The position numbers were made by a program, and so were the translations under genes. From a virus (lineage: Duplodnaviria > Caudoviricetes), in the IMG/VR virus record IMGVR_UViG_3300031992_000018, positions 64,001 through 128,000 of that record: a stretch of 64,000 nucleotides of DNA, one strand, 5' to 3'. Position 1 is the first letter of the stretch. Every line of letters begins with the position of its first letter. This document shows, piece after piece, positions 1-9,699 of this stretch. The notes under the pieces were generated by a model that saw nothing but the letters and a program-made list of their open reading frames with translations, had not been told where the DNA came from and made no database searches.

Positions 1-9
1 TGGAATAAT

Positions 10-870
10 TTATTTATTAAGAATTAATCTACCAGTAAATTTAACACCAGATTCAGCATAAGCTGTAAGTGTACCTTCTGAACCTTTCTTAAGTTCATCA
101 GTTGTAGCATTTAACCAAACAATACCTTCTTTACCAGTATTTGTATCAACTGAGAAAATATCTGGAATTGATGAATACCAATAAAGCTGAGTATTAGTAA
201 CATTTTCTGGAGTAAGTGAATATGAAAGTTCAAATTTATCTCCACAATTAAGACGAATTGGTTGTTCAAATTCAATACTTGTTACAGGATAACGATTCTT
301 ATATTCTACAGTATGTCTATTATCAGCAATACTATCCCATTTATTAAAGAAATATGTTCCTTCTTCATTACAGAAAGTTACATCATAAATAAGTTCAAAT
401 GCACCTGAATAAGCATTTTTTGTAAAGTATTCTGTATTACCATCAAGATTCATTTCAGAATATGGGATTTCTTCATACTTTTCACCATCTGGAACAAATA
501 TTGTTGTTTGTGAAGGTAATTTACAATAAATTGATGGGGGATTTGATGCTTCAAAATCAAGTTCTTGTAATGATGTACAACCATCAAATGCTTCTTTACC
601 AATATATTCAATTGTTTCACCAATAGGTACTCTTTCAAGTGATGTACAACCCTTGAAAGCTCCTCTCTTAATTTTCTTAATTTCTGGTGGGAATGCTATA
701 TATGATAATTCTGTGCAATTTTGGAAAGCATAAGCACATACTTCATCAGTATTATCAAGACCATATCTTACAACATGTGTATCTGCTTGAGCAAATGTAT
801 GAGTATAAGGAACTTGACTTTTATCAGTAAGTTCTACATTTTCACCATCAATGATAAGTTTATTAATCAT
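10..870 (-). CDS. BspA-type leucine-rich-repeat (LRR_5) protein with C-terminal Ig-like (Big_2) domain
   Basis: Repeats AFQNCTELSYI / AFKGCTSLERV / AFDGCTSLQEL; C-terminal PVTSIEF...LTPENVTNTQLYWYSS Big_2-like motif. Confidence 0.8.
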   Translation of the reverse strand: MINKLIIDGENVELTDKSQVPYTHTFAQADTHVVRYGLDNTDEVCAYAFQNCTELSYIAFPPEIKKIKRGAFKGCTSLERVPIGETIEYIGKEAFDGCTSLQELDFEASNPPSIYCKLPSQTTIFVPDGEKYEEIPYSEMNLDGNTEYFTKNAYSGAFELIYDVTFCNEEGTYFFNKWDSIADNRHTVEYKNRYPVTSIEFEQPIRLNCGDKFELSYSLTPENVTNTQLYWYSSIPDIFSVDTNTGKEGIVWLNATTDELKKGSEGTLTAYAESGVKFTGRLILNK

Positions 871-887
871 AATATATTATATTAATT

Positions 888-1301
888 TTATTTTTCTTTA
901 AATATTTTAACTATTTCATCATGAAGAATATCTTCTGTTACTTCTCCATAATATGAATTAGATTCTAAATCAAATTTTGGTTTGCCAATAAAAACTCTTT
1001 CTCTACCATAATTATCTTTATATGAGAAATATTCATCGACATGTTCAACAGAATTTACTGTAGGATGATAATCTAAAATAACTTTATGTGTTGTAATTGT
1101 CTTTCCAATATATGATCCATCTAAATCTGTAACAACAATTCCTGAATATTTTAATTTTTCTCCATTTGCATTTGTATAAGTATAATATTCAGGTACATAT
1201 TCTTGTCCAGGATGATGTATTAAAGCTATTTTAATATTTCTTTTTATTCCTTTACTTGCATTAGTACCAGGTTTTTTATTTGAAAAAGAAAATGTTGCCA
1301 T
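888..1301 (-). CDS. hypothetical protein (co-oriented with the LRR gene, late-type upstream motif)
   Basis: 137-aa ORF; TTATTTTTA motif 35 nt upstream. Confidence 0.65.
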   Translation of the reverse strand: MATFSFSNKKPGTNASKGIKRNIKIALIHHPGQEYVPEYYTYTNANGEKLKYSGIVVTDLDGSYIGKTITTHKVILDYHPTVNSVEHVDEYFSYKDNYGRERVFIGKPKFDLESNSYYGEVTEDILHDEIVKIFKEK

Positions 1302-1344
1302 ATTTATTTATTTTACCAATTTATAATTAAAAATAAAATATAAA

Positions 1345-1381
1345 ATGAATTATTAGAAAATGATTCTATATTAATTATGTA
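1345..1381 (+). promoter_or_regulatory. class I promoter-like motif ATGAAT-N16-TATATT
   Basis: Same 16-nt spacing at 8602, 10665, 12079, 13409, 39347 and 55963. Confidence 0.7.
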
Positions 1382-1396
1382 AAAACAAAGAATATT

Positions 1397-2137
1397 ATGA
1401 AGTATATTGGTAAATCTGATAAATTTTACACTCTCTGGGAAGTTAATACAGAAACCCGTACTACAATGCGTGGTGAGACTTATAGAGTTACTACTCATCA
1501 GTATATCAAGAATATTTCTTTTGATCTTGTAAAAGCTACCAATAAATATCCTAATGCAATTCTTGATACTTCTCTTCGCGGTCATTCTTCTTGGACTTCT
1601 GTAGATTATCCAAAGCCTCCAGTTGATGAATTCCATGGAGGTAAATATCGTGGAGATAAGATTGCTGAATGTACAGATTATCAATATCTCCATTGGGCTT
1701 ATGACCTTGGTTATATCATTCCTTGGGAAGCTAGAGAAATAGTTCTTGGAATTCTTGAATCACAAGGTTATAGGAAAATTAATGATACTCATATTGCTAC
1801 TCCTGAAGAAGTAGAAAGAATCGAGAAGAGTTATACTGAATGTGAAGAAGCTCAGAAAACTTTAGAAGAGTTTGGTTCTATTAAGATTGTCGCCAATAAG
1901 AATCTTGATGAATTTGGAAATTTGAGTATTGGAAATATCGAATTCAATTTTCCTAATTATAAAGAACTTGAATATGGTGGTTATTCTTATGGACTTCCTA
2001 TTGATTCTAAAGGAAAAGCTAAAAGAATTAAGAATAAGGAAATTGAAATTATTCCTGAATCTTTTAAAATGGTTATCAGTGAATATGGTTGGGGTGCAAC
2101 CCTTAATGTTGAAGTAAAAGATTTTAAAATTTTATAA
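1397..2137 (+). CDS. hypothetical protein (early region)
   Basis: 246-aa ORF directly downstream of a class I promoter motif. Confidence 0.75.
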   Translation: MKYIGKSDKFYTLWEVNTETRTTMRGETYRVTTHQYIKNISFDLVKATNKYPNAILDTSLRGHSSWTSVDYPKPPVDEFHGGKYRGDKIAECTDYQYLHWAYDLGYIIPWEAREIVLGILESQGYRKINDTHIATPEEVERIEKSYTECEEAQKTLEEFGSIKIVANKNLDEFGNLSIGNIEFNFPNYKELEYGGYSYGLPIDSKGKAKRIKNKEIEIIPESFKMVISEYGWGATLNVEVKDFKIL

Positions 2138-2139
2138 TT

Positions 2140-2337
2140 ATGGCTTGTTTAGAAGATTATCCTATTATTGAAACTGCAATTAATTATGGTCTTAATGCTT
2201 GGGGAAAGCATGAAGCTATGGCTATTCAAATTGCAAGATTCTGGGTAGATGGTTGGCTTGAAGCTAACAAGGGTAAGGTATCTGAAGAAGATGCCAAGAT
2301 TATTCGTCGTGGAGTTGATAATTGGATTTGGCTATAA
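2140..2337 (+). CDS. hypothetical protein
   Basis: 65-aa ORF tightly packed between neighbours. Confidence 0.65.
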   Translation: MACLEDYPIIETAINYGLNAWGKHEAMAIQIARFWVDGWLEANKGKVSEEDAKIIRRGVDNWIWL

Positions 2338-2338
2338 T

Positions 2339-3064
2339 ATGGAAAAAACTCCTAAATTAATTAAAGATTGTAAAGTGGGAGATACACTTTACTATGTTAT
2401 TTTAAAAGATGGCTCTGTTGAAGATTTAATTATCCCAGTTTCTATTGAAGAAATTAAAATGGGTGATTCATTTGGTATAAAGCCGAATGTATATAAATGT
2501 AAATCTATATATGGTAGTGACACTTATGAATTTAATCATGAAAATAGTGAACAACATGACAGTCTTATTGTAGATAGTGATTATGCTTATGCAAAAGATG
2601 CTAATGGTTTTAAAAATAATTATGAAAGATTTTATACAACATATGATGGTGCTGTTGAATGGTTAATGGTAGAAATCAAATATGATATTATAAAGAAACT
2701 TAATAGGCTTGAAAAACTTGAAAGGAATAATGGAATAAAGACAAATATATTCCAAAAGAAAACTAAACAGTGTAAAATAGATTATCATCCTTATAAGAAA
2801 ATTGAAATTTATGACTGTAGTTCTTGGGAGAAACCTGAAGATATAGATAAAGCTCTTGAAAATAAGAAAATTAAAGTCTATAAAAAATTAATTGAGACTG
2901 ACTATTATGGTGATATCAAATATTCTGGTACTGAAATCTTTGTAAAAGAGTTTGATTATGTTGAAGATGCATTAGAATATATCTTTGAACATGATAAATC
3001 AAGATGGCATGGTGATCTTGATTCATGGTATGAAGGTGAAACTTATTTTATAAAAGAAGATTAA
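2339..3064 (+). CDS. hypothetical protein
   Basis: ATG at 2339 (MEKTPK) preferred over the upstream start overlapping the previous gene. Confidence 0.7.
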   Translation: MEKTPKLIKDCKVGDTLYYVILKDGSVEDLIIPVSIEEIKMGDSFGIKPNVYKCKSIYGSDTYEFNHENSEQHDSLIVDSDYAYAKDANGFKNNYERFYTTYDGAVEWLMVEIKYDIIKKLNRLEKLERNNGIKTNIFQKKTKQCKIDYHPYKKIEIYDCSSWEKPEDIDKALENKKIKVYKKLIETDYYGDIKYSGTEIFVKEFDYVEDALEYIFEHDKSRWHGDLDSWYEGETYFIKED

Positions 3065-3066
3065 AA

Positions 3067-3285
3067 ATGAAAACTTATAAATTTTATGTAGGAACATGTC
3101 CTAATAGTCCAAATTTTGAAAACTTACAAAAATGGTTTGAACATATGCAATCTATAGGATGGGAACTTATTTGTCCAGTTCATAAACAAACTAATACAAA
3201 TTATGCATCTTATGAACAAGGATATATATTTAGAAAAGAAGAAATACTATGTAAACCTAATAATATAAATGATAAAGAAGGATGA
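3067..3285 (+). CDS. DUF4177-like small protein (copy 1)
   Basis: MKTYKF...GWELI...YIFRKE pattern. Confidence 0.55.
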   Translation: MKTYKFYVGTCPNSPNFENLQKWFEHMQSIGWELICPVHKQTNTNYASYEQGYIFRKEEILCKPNNINDKEG

Positions 3286-3479
3286 AACAATTTGAATATA
3301 ATATGATATCTGTACCAAATGGTACTGATGGATCAGAATTAATTAAATGTCTCAATAATGATGGTAAATTAGGTTGGGAAGTAATATCTATGATTCAATC
3401 ATCTGATAGAAGTCATTTTAATGTTTTGTTGAAACGAGAAATTTTAAATGAAAATTATATAGAAAATGAAAAGAATTGA
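3282..3479 (+). CDS. DUF4177-like small protein (copy 2)
   Basis: MKQFEY...LNNDGKLGWEVISM...LLKRE pattern. Confidence 0.7.
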   Translation: MKQFEYNMISVPNGTDGSELIKCLNNDGKLGWEVISMIQSSDRSHFNVLLKREILNENYIENEKN

Positions 3480-3639
3480 ATATAAAGTAGAATGGATATC
3501 AGAGAGTGGTTCATATGAATTGGAAAATAGATTACAAAAATATGGTGATGATGGTTGGGAATTAATAACCATTAGAGAACATTTTACATATATATTTAAA
3601 AGAGAAAAAATTATAAATAATAAAAAAGAGGGAATTTAA
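3466..3639 (+). CDS. DUF4177-like small protein (copy 3, absent from the ORF track)
   Basis: 57 aa MKRIEYKVEW...LQKYGDDGWELIT...YIFKRE translated by hand. Confidence 0.7.
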   Translation: MKRIEYKVEWISESGSYELENRLQKYGDDGWELITIREHFTYIFKREKIINNKKEGI

Positions 3640-3651
3640 ATTCCCTCTTTT
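3624..3651. terminator. bidirectional intrinsic terminator
   Basis: aaaagagggaatttaaattccctctttt palindrome between convergent genes. Confidence 0.8.
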
Positions 3652-4369
3652 ATTTTACTTTTTTACCAAAACTTATAAGATTATAATTTATACTTAAACC
3701 AACACCGACATAAACATCTGGTTTTTTATTAATAAATCCATAACCAACACCAATTTGTGGTCCTACACCAATACTCCATCTTGGAGTAGTTTTTGGTAAA
3801 ACAACACCTTGTACATCATTATATTTAAGATATGGATTATTTGATGTTACATATACTTTACTATCTTTAATAGCAACAGTAAGATCTGCATAAACTATAT
3901 CTTTATCAATAGTAAGACCAATATTAGGTTTATTATATTCTATAAATCCAGAAAGTATTCTCCATTTATTTGAAAAATCAAATGGATGTTTAATATAAGT
4001 AGTACTATCACTTACAACAAATGTTGTATCATGTACTGGATAAGGTACTTCAACATTTACATAAACAACTTCACTTGGTTTTGCTTTAAGTTCTTTAACT
4101 TGTTTATAAAGATCTTCATTTGTTTGTTTAAGAAGATTAATATCTCCTTCAAGAACTGTTTTTTCAGCAACTAAATCACCACTTTTAGTTTTCCATAATT
4201 GAACTTCTTCAGTTAAGGCTTTAACATTATTTTCATATATCTTTCTACTATCAATTTGATTAGTACATGATCTAAATAAGAACAATAAAGATATAACCAA
4301 TGCTAAACTTAATATAATTTGTGATTTATATTTATTCCAAAAATCTTTAATTAATTCAATAAAATTCAT
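3650..4369 (-). CDS. membrane-anchored coiled-coil protein (DUF6549-like; possible lipoprotein/spanin-like)
   Basis: N-terminal hydrophobic helix ending FRSC, coiled coil, C-terminal Gly-rich beta hairpin SIGVGPQIGVGYG. Confidence 0.5.
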   Translation of the reverse strand: MNFIELIKDFWNKYKSQIILSLALVISLLFLFRSCTNQIDSRKIYENNVKALTEEVQLWKTKSGDLVAEKTVLEGDINLLKQTNEDLYKQVKELKAKPSEVVYVNVEVPYPVHDTTFVVSDSTTYIKHPFDFSNKWRILSGFIEYNKPNIGLTIDKDIVYADLTVAIKDSKVYVTSNNPYLKYNDVQGVVLPKTTPRWSIGVGPQIGVGYGFINKKPDVYVGVGLSINYNLISFGKKVK

Positions 4370-4422
4370 AAAATTAATAGAAAAAATATATTTTTATATA
4401 GGTAATTAAAAATAATTTTTTT

Positions 4423-4881
4423 ATGTCAACTAATAATTATATAAAACATCAAGGACCTAGAAAAAATTCTAAATATCATCAAGGTGTAGTTGATCCTAAA
4501 AAGCTTAGAAAATATTTTGATTCATGTAAAAATGAACCAGTTATTTATAGAAGTGGATTAGAATATCAATTTATACAGTTTTGTGAAAATAGTCCTACAG
4601 TTGCTAAATGGGCAAGTGAAGTACTTAAGATACCTTATTATTCTCATCTTGATGGTAAAGAATGTAATTATTATCCTGATTATGTTATTGAAAATTACAA
4701 AGGAGTAAAATGCGTAGTAGAGCTTAAACCATATAATCAAACAATAAAACCAGATATGACAGATAGTAATTGGTTGAAAGAACAATGGATTAAGAATGTT
4801 GATAAATGGAATGCTGCTAAAAAATTCTGTGATGAGAATGGACTTAAATTTATGATTATAACTGAAAAATTCTTTGAATAA
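4423..4881 (+). CDS. head completion nuclease, T4 gp4-like (TnsA-type endonuclease fold)
   Basis: YRSGLE...WASE..IPY...YYPDY...VELKP..Q motifs. Confidence 0.85.
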   Translation: MSTNNYIKHQGPRKNSKYHQGVVDPKKLRKYFDSCKNEPVIYRSGLEYQFIQFCENSPTVAKWASEVLKIPYYSHLDGKECNYYPDYVIENYKGVKCVVELKPYNQTIKPDMTDSNWLKEQWIKNVDKWNAAKKFCDENGLKFMIITEKFFE

Positions 4882-4885
4882 AAAT

Positions 4886-5266
4886 ATGAAAACATTAGTA
4901 CAATATATTAAAGAAAGTAAAGACGGTAAAATATTATATAATGATATATTTAATAAATTATATAAATACCTTTTGAAATCTAATAAAGAAAATAAGAAAG
5001 GATATTCTGATAAAGAAATAGATGATTATTTTCATCAAGATTTAAACTCAGATTCATTTAAAGAAAATGAAAATAAAGTTGTTAAAGAATTATTTGAAGA
5101 ATATCCAGACATGGATTGGAGTACCAAATCCCAATTAATGGAATATATTAAAAGAAATAATAATGCTCTTTGTGCAAAAGAATTAATCGGTACAGCACTT
5201 TATCAGGCATTTGTAAAATTTGTTTATATTCATATTCAACATATAAAATATGAAGGACATGTTTAA
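4886..5266 (+). CDS. putative head-internal protein with CTS-like leader
   Basis: Starts MKTLVQYIKE; lies between the gp4- and gp2-like genes. Confidence 0.6.
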   Translation: MKTLVQYIKESKDGKILYNDIFNKLYKYLLKSNKENKKGYSDKEIDDYFHQDLNSDSFKENENKVVKELFEEYPDMDWSTKSQLMEYIKRNNNALCAKELIGTALYQAFVKFVYIHIQHIKYEGHV

Positions 5267-5287
5267 ATAATTCTATATTATATATAT

Positions 5288-5986
5288 ATGGCACCATTTA
5301 AAAGACCTATAAAGAAAAAAGAAGAACAAGAAGAATTATCAAGAACCACGATAGTTAATTCAAGAAGAAACTTACGTGATTTAGATACTCATATATATAC
5401 ACCAGATGAAATTGAAAATTTCAGATTAGATGAGGCAATAAATAATAATCCATTATCACATAGACCAACTAATATTAGAAGTAAATTAGCTTATGCTGAA
5501 GTAATGAAACAATTAAAACCAACTTCTAAATATTTACTTCCAGGACAACTTGTTATTTTTGAATATCTTGAACCAAAATTTAAAGAAGATCTAGAATATT
5601 ATGACAGAACACCTTTTACTCTTTTCTTTGGTATAACAAGAACAGATGATGGTAATATTCGTGAAATTGGACTTAATCTTCATTATTATCCACCTCATAC
5701 AAGAGCAAGAATATTAAGAAAAACTTATCAAGTATTTAAACCATATTTTGATAAATATTTCAATGATCCATCACATAAACCAAATGCTATTATTTCATAT
5801 TCATCATTAAAACATTTAATGAAAGTAAATGATAAGATTGGTTTTGGTGTTAAGATGTATATTCCTGTTCTTAGAGGAAGAAGTTATGTTGTTCCTCCAA
5901 GACTTTGGCCAACTGCATTTTATACAGAAGGACACTTTAGTAAAGCTACATTACAACAGATATTTAGTTTCTGGAGACAGTTTTAA
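5288..5986 (+). CDS. DNA end protector protein, T4 gp2-like
   Basis: PGQLVIFEY.EPK.K..LEYYD..P...GLNLHYYP...R motif. Confidence 0.8.
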   Translation: MAPFKRPIKKKEEQEELSRTTIVNSRRNLRDLDTHIYTPDEIENFRLDEAINNNPLSHRPTNIRSKLAYAEVMKQLKPTSKYLLPGQLVIFEYLEPKFKEDLEYYDRTPFTLFFGITRTDDGNIREIGLNLHYYPPHTRARILRKTYQVFKPYFDKYFNDPSHKPNAIISYSSLKHLMKVNDKIGFGVKMYIPVLRGRSYVVPPRLWPTAFYTEGHFSKATLQQIFSFWRQF

Positions 5987-6042
5987 TTGAATTGATTAAA
6001 ATATAGATTCTATATTAATTAATAAATATAGAATCTTTTTTT

Positions 6043-6912
6043 ATGAGAGATTGTGTAATAGTAATTCCAGTATATAAACCTACTCTTGATTGTGTAGAAG
6101 AAATTTCTTTAAAACAACTACATAAAATTATTTATAATCCACCATTTCATATGGATGATTATAGAGATTGGGAAGAAAGAGATGTATTTCTTGTTTATCC
6201 TCAAGGAATGGATATAAGTGAATATAAAAAAATATATCCTTCTCTTAAAGAAAAAACATTTGATCCTGAATATTTTAAATCAACAGCAACATATTCACAA
6301 TTATGTATATCATATGATTTTTATAAATCATTTGATTGGTATGATTATATGTTGATATATCAACTTGACTGTTATCTTTTTAAAGATGAAATTAGTAAAT
6401 GGTGTAAAAAAGGATATGATTATGTTGGTGGTCCTATTCTTTCTACTGATTGTGGATGGAATACAATAAAAGAATCACAAAAAGGTAAGAAGTGGACTCC
6501 TTATGTTGGTAATGGTGGATTTAGCCTTAGAAAAATATCTACATTTAAAGAACTTACAGATCCTCTTGGTGAATTTAGAATAAGATATAATTTAACAGAT
6601 GATAAATTAAAGAATGTATTATTTGAAGATAAATACTTCTGTAATGATATTTATAACTTATATGAATTAGATGTACCTTCTTGGAAAGAAGCTCTTGAAT
6701 TTGGTTTAGATATGTCTGTAGATATTGTATATAATTATCTTAAATGGACTGGTGAACCTATGGGTATTCATTCTGTTGATAAGAATATCAGATGGTGGAA
6801 AAAAATAATTCCTGAGTTTATGGATCAAAAAGTCATAGATTATTGTGAAGAAAAACATAAAGAATTCTTTAAGTTATATTATGATGAAAATGATTCAACA
6901 TTAAGACAATAA
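6043..6912 (+). CDS. DUF5672 glycosyltransferase-like protein
   Basis: VIPVYK, YMLIYQLD, YDYVGGP, VGNGGFSLR, ED.YF motifs. Confidence 0.75.
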   Translation: MRDCVIVIPVYKPTLDCVEEISLKQLHKIIYNPPFHMDDYRDWEERDVFLVYPQGMDISEYKKIYPSLKEKTFDPEYFKSTATYSQLCISYDFYKSFDWYDYMLIYQLDCYLFKDEISKWCKKGYDYVGGPILSTDCGWNTIKESQKGKKWTPYVGNGGFSLRKISTFKELTDPLGEFRIRYNLTDDKLKNVLFEDKYFCNDIYNLYELDVPSWKEALEFGLDMSVDIVYNYLKWTGEPMGIHSVDKNIRWWKKIIPEFMDQKVIDYCEEKHKEFFKLYYDENDSTLRQ

Positions 6913-6971
6913 TATAGATTAAATTATTATAAGTTTTATTATTATATATAATTTATAATATGTAATTAATT

Positions 6972-8003
6972 ATGAAGAAATTTTCAGATATATTTAACGA
7001 ATCTTGTGTAACAAGTGATGTAAATCAAGGTAATTCATTATCACTTGGTGTAAGTAATCATTATACACCTGTTCAGAATATTGTAACTAATGTTAGAAAT
7101 TTATTTTCTATCATAGTTCCTGTTGTTGCATCTGTTGCAGAAGATGGTGTATCAGTTAAATTAAATTCTAGTAAATTTGTAAATAAAGAAGAAATTAATA
7201 AATTACTTTATCAACCAGTATATCAATCACAATCTTTATATTCATTCATTGCTTCACAAGGACTTGATCTTGTTAAGATGGTAAATCTTGGCATGTATTT
7301 TGTTGTATATTTCTGCCCAAGAGATATTAAACAAGCAGCTCCTGGTCTTGAAGCAAATCCAGCTTCAGCTCCAGTAAAAGAACAATTCCAAGAAGAAGTT
7401 GAAATGTTTAACTTTATCAAAGAAAGTGAAGATGATGAAGAATTAAAAGATTTGACTAAAGAAAAACTCAAAGAAATTCTTGATATGAAGGATAAAGTAA
7501 AAGCTGCTAAGCAGATGGAATTACTTATTTCTAGTGAAGTAGAACTTCCAAGAGAATATTATTTTGCTGGTGTTAAAGATAAACAAGGAAATGAATCAAT
7601 TGCACTTAGATGGAAATATACAGTAAAGAGACCAAAGGGAATGAGTGCTGAAATTACAAGAAGCCTTATTAATATTTATGGTGTTGATAAAGATGGTGTA
7701 TGGGTAGGAGATTTTGATGAAGATAGTATGTTCCAACTTCCTGATGAAGTAAAGAAACTTATTGAAACAGTTCTTGATTATATTGGTGCCGAAAAAACAG
7801 ATGATCCATGTGTATATGATTTATCCGGAGAAAATAAAAAAGATAAAGAAGATAAAGAGGATAAAGATGATGAAGAAACAAAGGATAATTCTAACAAAAA
7901 TGATGGAAATAAAGAAAAAGAAAGAGAAGAAAGCAAAAAAGAAAATGATGAAGATGTAGAAGATGATAAATCTCGTGATGAAGCTGATGATTTATTAAAA
8001 TAA
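6972..8003 (+). CDS. putative virion protein with CTS-like leader and charged disordered C-terminus
   Basis: MKKFSDIFNE start; D/E/K-rich tail. Confidence 0.6.
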   Translation: MKKFSDIFNESCVTSDVNQGNSLSLGVSNHYTPVQNIVTNVRNLFSIIVPVVASVAEDGVSVKLNSSKFVNKEEINKLLYQPVYQSQSLYSFIASQGLDLVKMVNLGMYFVVYFCPRDIKQAAPGLEANPASAPVKEQFQEEVEMFNFIKESEDDEELKDLTKEKLKEILDMKDKVKAAKQMELLISSEVELPREYYFAGVKDKQGNESIALRWKYTVKRPKGMSAEITRSLINIYGVDKDGVWVGDFDEDSMFQLPDEVKKLIETVLDYIGAEKTDDPCVYDLSGENKKDKEDKEDKDDEETKDNSNKNDGNKEKEREESKKENDEDVEDDKSRDEADDLLK

Positions 8004-8021
8004 ATATATGACTATTAAAAT

Positions 8022-8261
8022 ATGAAAAATATAGTAGAATATATTAGTGAAAAGTTTAATGATATAAAATCTAAAGAAGTAAATGAACAAGATGACACTG
8101 TTTGGGTACTTAGAGATAAAGATTTAGATGGTGCAATTTTTGATGTATGTGATACAGAAGAAGATGCTAACCGTTTAAAAGAAATGAAACTTAAAGAAAA
8201 TCCTGATGCAAATTTTGAAGTAGTAACAGGAAAAAGAAGTGAATTTGTAAAAGAAAATTAA
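8022..8261 (+). CDS. putative head-internal protein with CTS-like leader
   Basis: MKNIVEYISE start, second VNE site. Confidence 0.65.
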   Translation: MKNIVEYISEKFNDIKSKEVNEQDDTVWVLRDKDLDGAIFDVCDTEEDANRLKEMKLKENPDANFEVVTGKRSEFVKEN

Positions 8262-8274
8262 TAAATAATAAATT

Positions 8275-8565
8275 ATGAAAAATTTAACAGAATATTTAAC
8301 AGAATCATCATCTATTAATGAAGCATGGAATTCAAAATGGGATGATGTATTAGATTATCTTTTAGATGATATGGATCCAGAAGAATTAGAATCAATGAAA
8401 GAAGATGATCCTGGTGAACTTTTTGATTGGATGCAAGGACAACTTGAAGATAGTGATGATTCAACAGCAAGAAGTTTTGCTAAAGCATTATCTAAGAATG
8501 ATCCAGCTGTTATTAAACATATTCAAGATAAAGTTGATGAAATTTTAGCTGATTATGATGAATAA
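8275..8565 (+). CDS. putative head-internal protein with CTS-like leader, very acidic
   Basis: MKNLTEYLTE...INE start; D/E-rich mature part. Confidence 0.65.
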   Translation: MKNLTEYLTESSSINEAWNSKWDDVLDYLLDDMDPEELESMKEDDPGELFDWMQGQLEDSDDSTARSFAKALSKNDPAVIKHIQDKVDEILADYDE

Positions 8566-8590
8566 TAAAATATTTAAATAAATTAAAATT

Positions 8591-8640
8591 GAGGGATTCT
8601 TTTGAATTCCTCTTTTTTTATACTATATTATATATGTAAT
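8591..8640 (+). promoter_or_regulatory. terminator hairpin with embedded class I promoter motif
   Basis: gagggattc-tttt-gaattcctc-T7; TTGAAT at 8602 and TATATT at 8624. Confidence 0.65.
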
Positions 8641-8642
8641 TA

Positions 8643-8969
8643 ATGAAAGATATGTCAAGAAGCTATAATAAAGTATTTACAACTGGTTTATGTTGTGGTG
8701 ATAATCGTTGGTTTTATAAAGATCGTCGGCATAAATTTGCAAATCATATAAAACATCAGCTTCGTAATTTGATAGCAAATTATGATACTGATGAAATTGA
8801 TGATATTATTGAAAAACCTAAATATATTAAACAAGATACTTGGGCTGAACCTACTGATGGACGTTTAATCTACTTTTCACTTGATAGACTTAAGGAAAGA
8901 TATAAAGATTGGGATAAAGCAAAAAGAAAACTCTATCCTAAAATAACTAAAAAATGTAATTGGAAATAA
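8643..8969 (+). CDS. small basic hypothetical protein (MSRSY.K type)
   Basis: 108-aa ORF after a class I promoter motif. Confidence 0.6.
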   Translation: MKDMSRSYNKVFTTGLCCGDNRWFYKDRRHKFANHIKHQLRNLIANYDTDEIDDIIEKPKYIKQDTWAEPTDGRLIYFSLDRLKERYKDWDKAKRKLYPKITKKCNWK

Positions 8970-8971
8970 TT

Positions 8972-9139
8972 ATGACAGAAGCAAAATTTAGAGACATTAT
9001 TTCGACAATGGTTGAGTTTGGTTGGCTTGACCCTGGAAGAGCTATTCTTGATAGAGAATATCTTAATACTCAGTTATCTCTATATATTGAGGCAGCAAAT
9101 ACTGCACGTGAAATACTTAACATGGAACCTTTAGTTTAG
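8972..9139 (+). CDS. hypothetical protein (55 aa, absent from the ORF track)
   Basis: MTEAKFRDII...MEPLV-TAG translated by hand. Confidence 0.6.
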   Translation: MTEAKFRDIISTMVEFGWLDPGRAILDREYLNTQLSLYIEAANTAREILNMEPLV

Positions 9140-9151
9140 ATAAATAATATT

Positions 9152-9598
9152 ATGGATAAAGTAGTTAATGGTAAAAAGATTACTGCTGCTGTAGTAATTA
9201 TTGATAGTGAAGGAAATATTCTTGCTTGTCATGGTACTGGTAAACCTAAAGATAGTGGATATGATTTTCCTAAGGGTTGTGTAGAAGAAAAGGAAGCAGA
9301 TATTGCTGCAGCTGTTCGTGAACTTAGAGAAGAAACAGATATTTATCTTGATGATTCTTATCGACTGATTGATGCAGGAATACATCCGCATAATAAGGAA
9401 AAGAATATTCATCTATTTATTTATAAGACTAATCATTTTCCTCCTCTTGAACAGTTGAAGTGTTCTACATATTTTGAAAGATATGGTAAGCAATTTCCTG
9501 AAGTAGATTCTTATAAGATTATTTCAAAAAGTGAAAGAAGAATGTTTAATAAAGTACTTCAGAATAAATTTGAAATTATTGATAATTTTAATAAATAA
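9152..9598 (+). CDS. Nudix hydrolase (T4 NudE-like)
   Basis: Nudix box PKGCVEEKEADIAAAVRELREETDI; C-terminal FPEVD. Confidence 0.85.
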   Translation: MDKVVNGKKITAAVVIIDSEGNILACHGTGKPKDSGYDFPKGCVEEKEADIAAAVRELREETDIYLDDSYRLIDAGIHPHNKEKNIHLFIYKTNHFPPLEQLKCSTYFERYGKQFPEVDSYKIISKSERRMFNKVLQNKFEIIDNFNK

Positions 9599-9699
9599 TG
9601 AAACACAATGTAGAAGTAGAAACATTTTTTAAAGTATTATTTCTTATTTTAAAACTTGGACTATTAGTTTATTTAATTTTCTTTTTATAATATATAATT

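Noticed and set aside
4423-4881. Tn7 TnsA transposase / mobile element
   Set aside because: The TnsA-like fold is that of T4 gp4 head completion protein; it neighbours a gp2-like gene and there are no tnsB/C genes or transposon ends.
8972-9598. In-frame TAG readthrough fusing the 55-aa ORF to the Nudix gene
   Set aside because: The frame match has a 1-in-3 chance; Nudix has its own typical aatattATG start and is complete.
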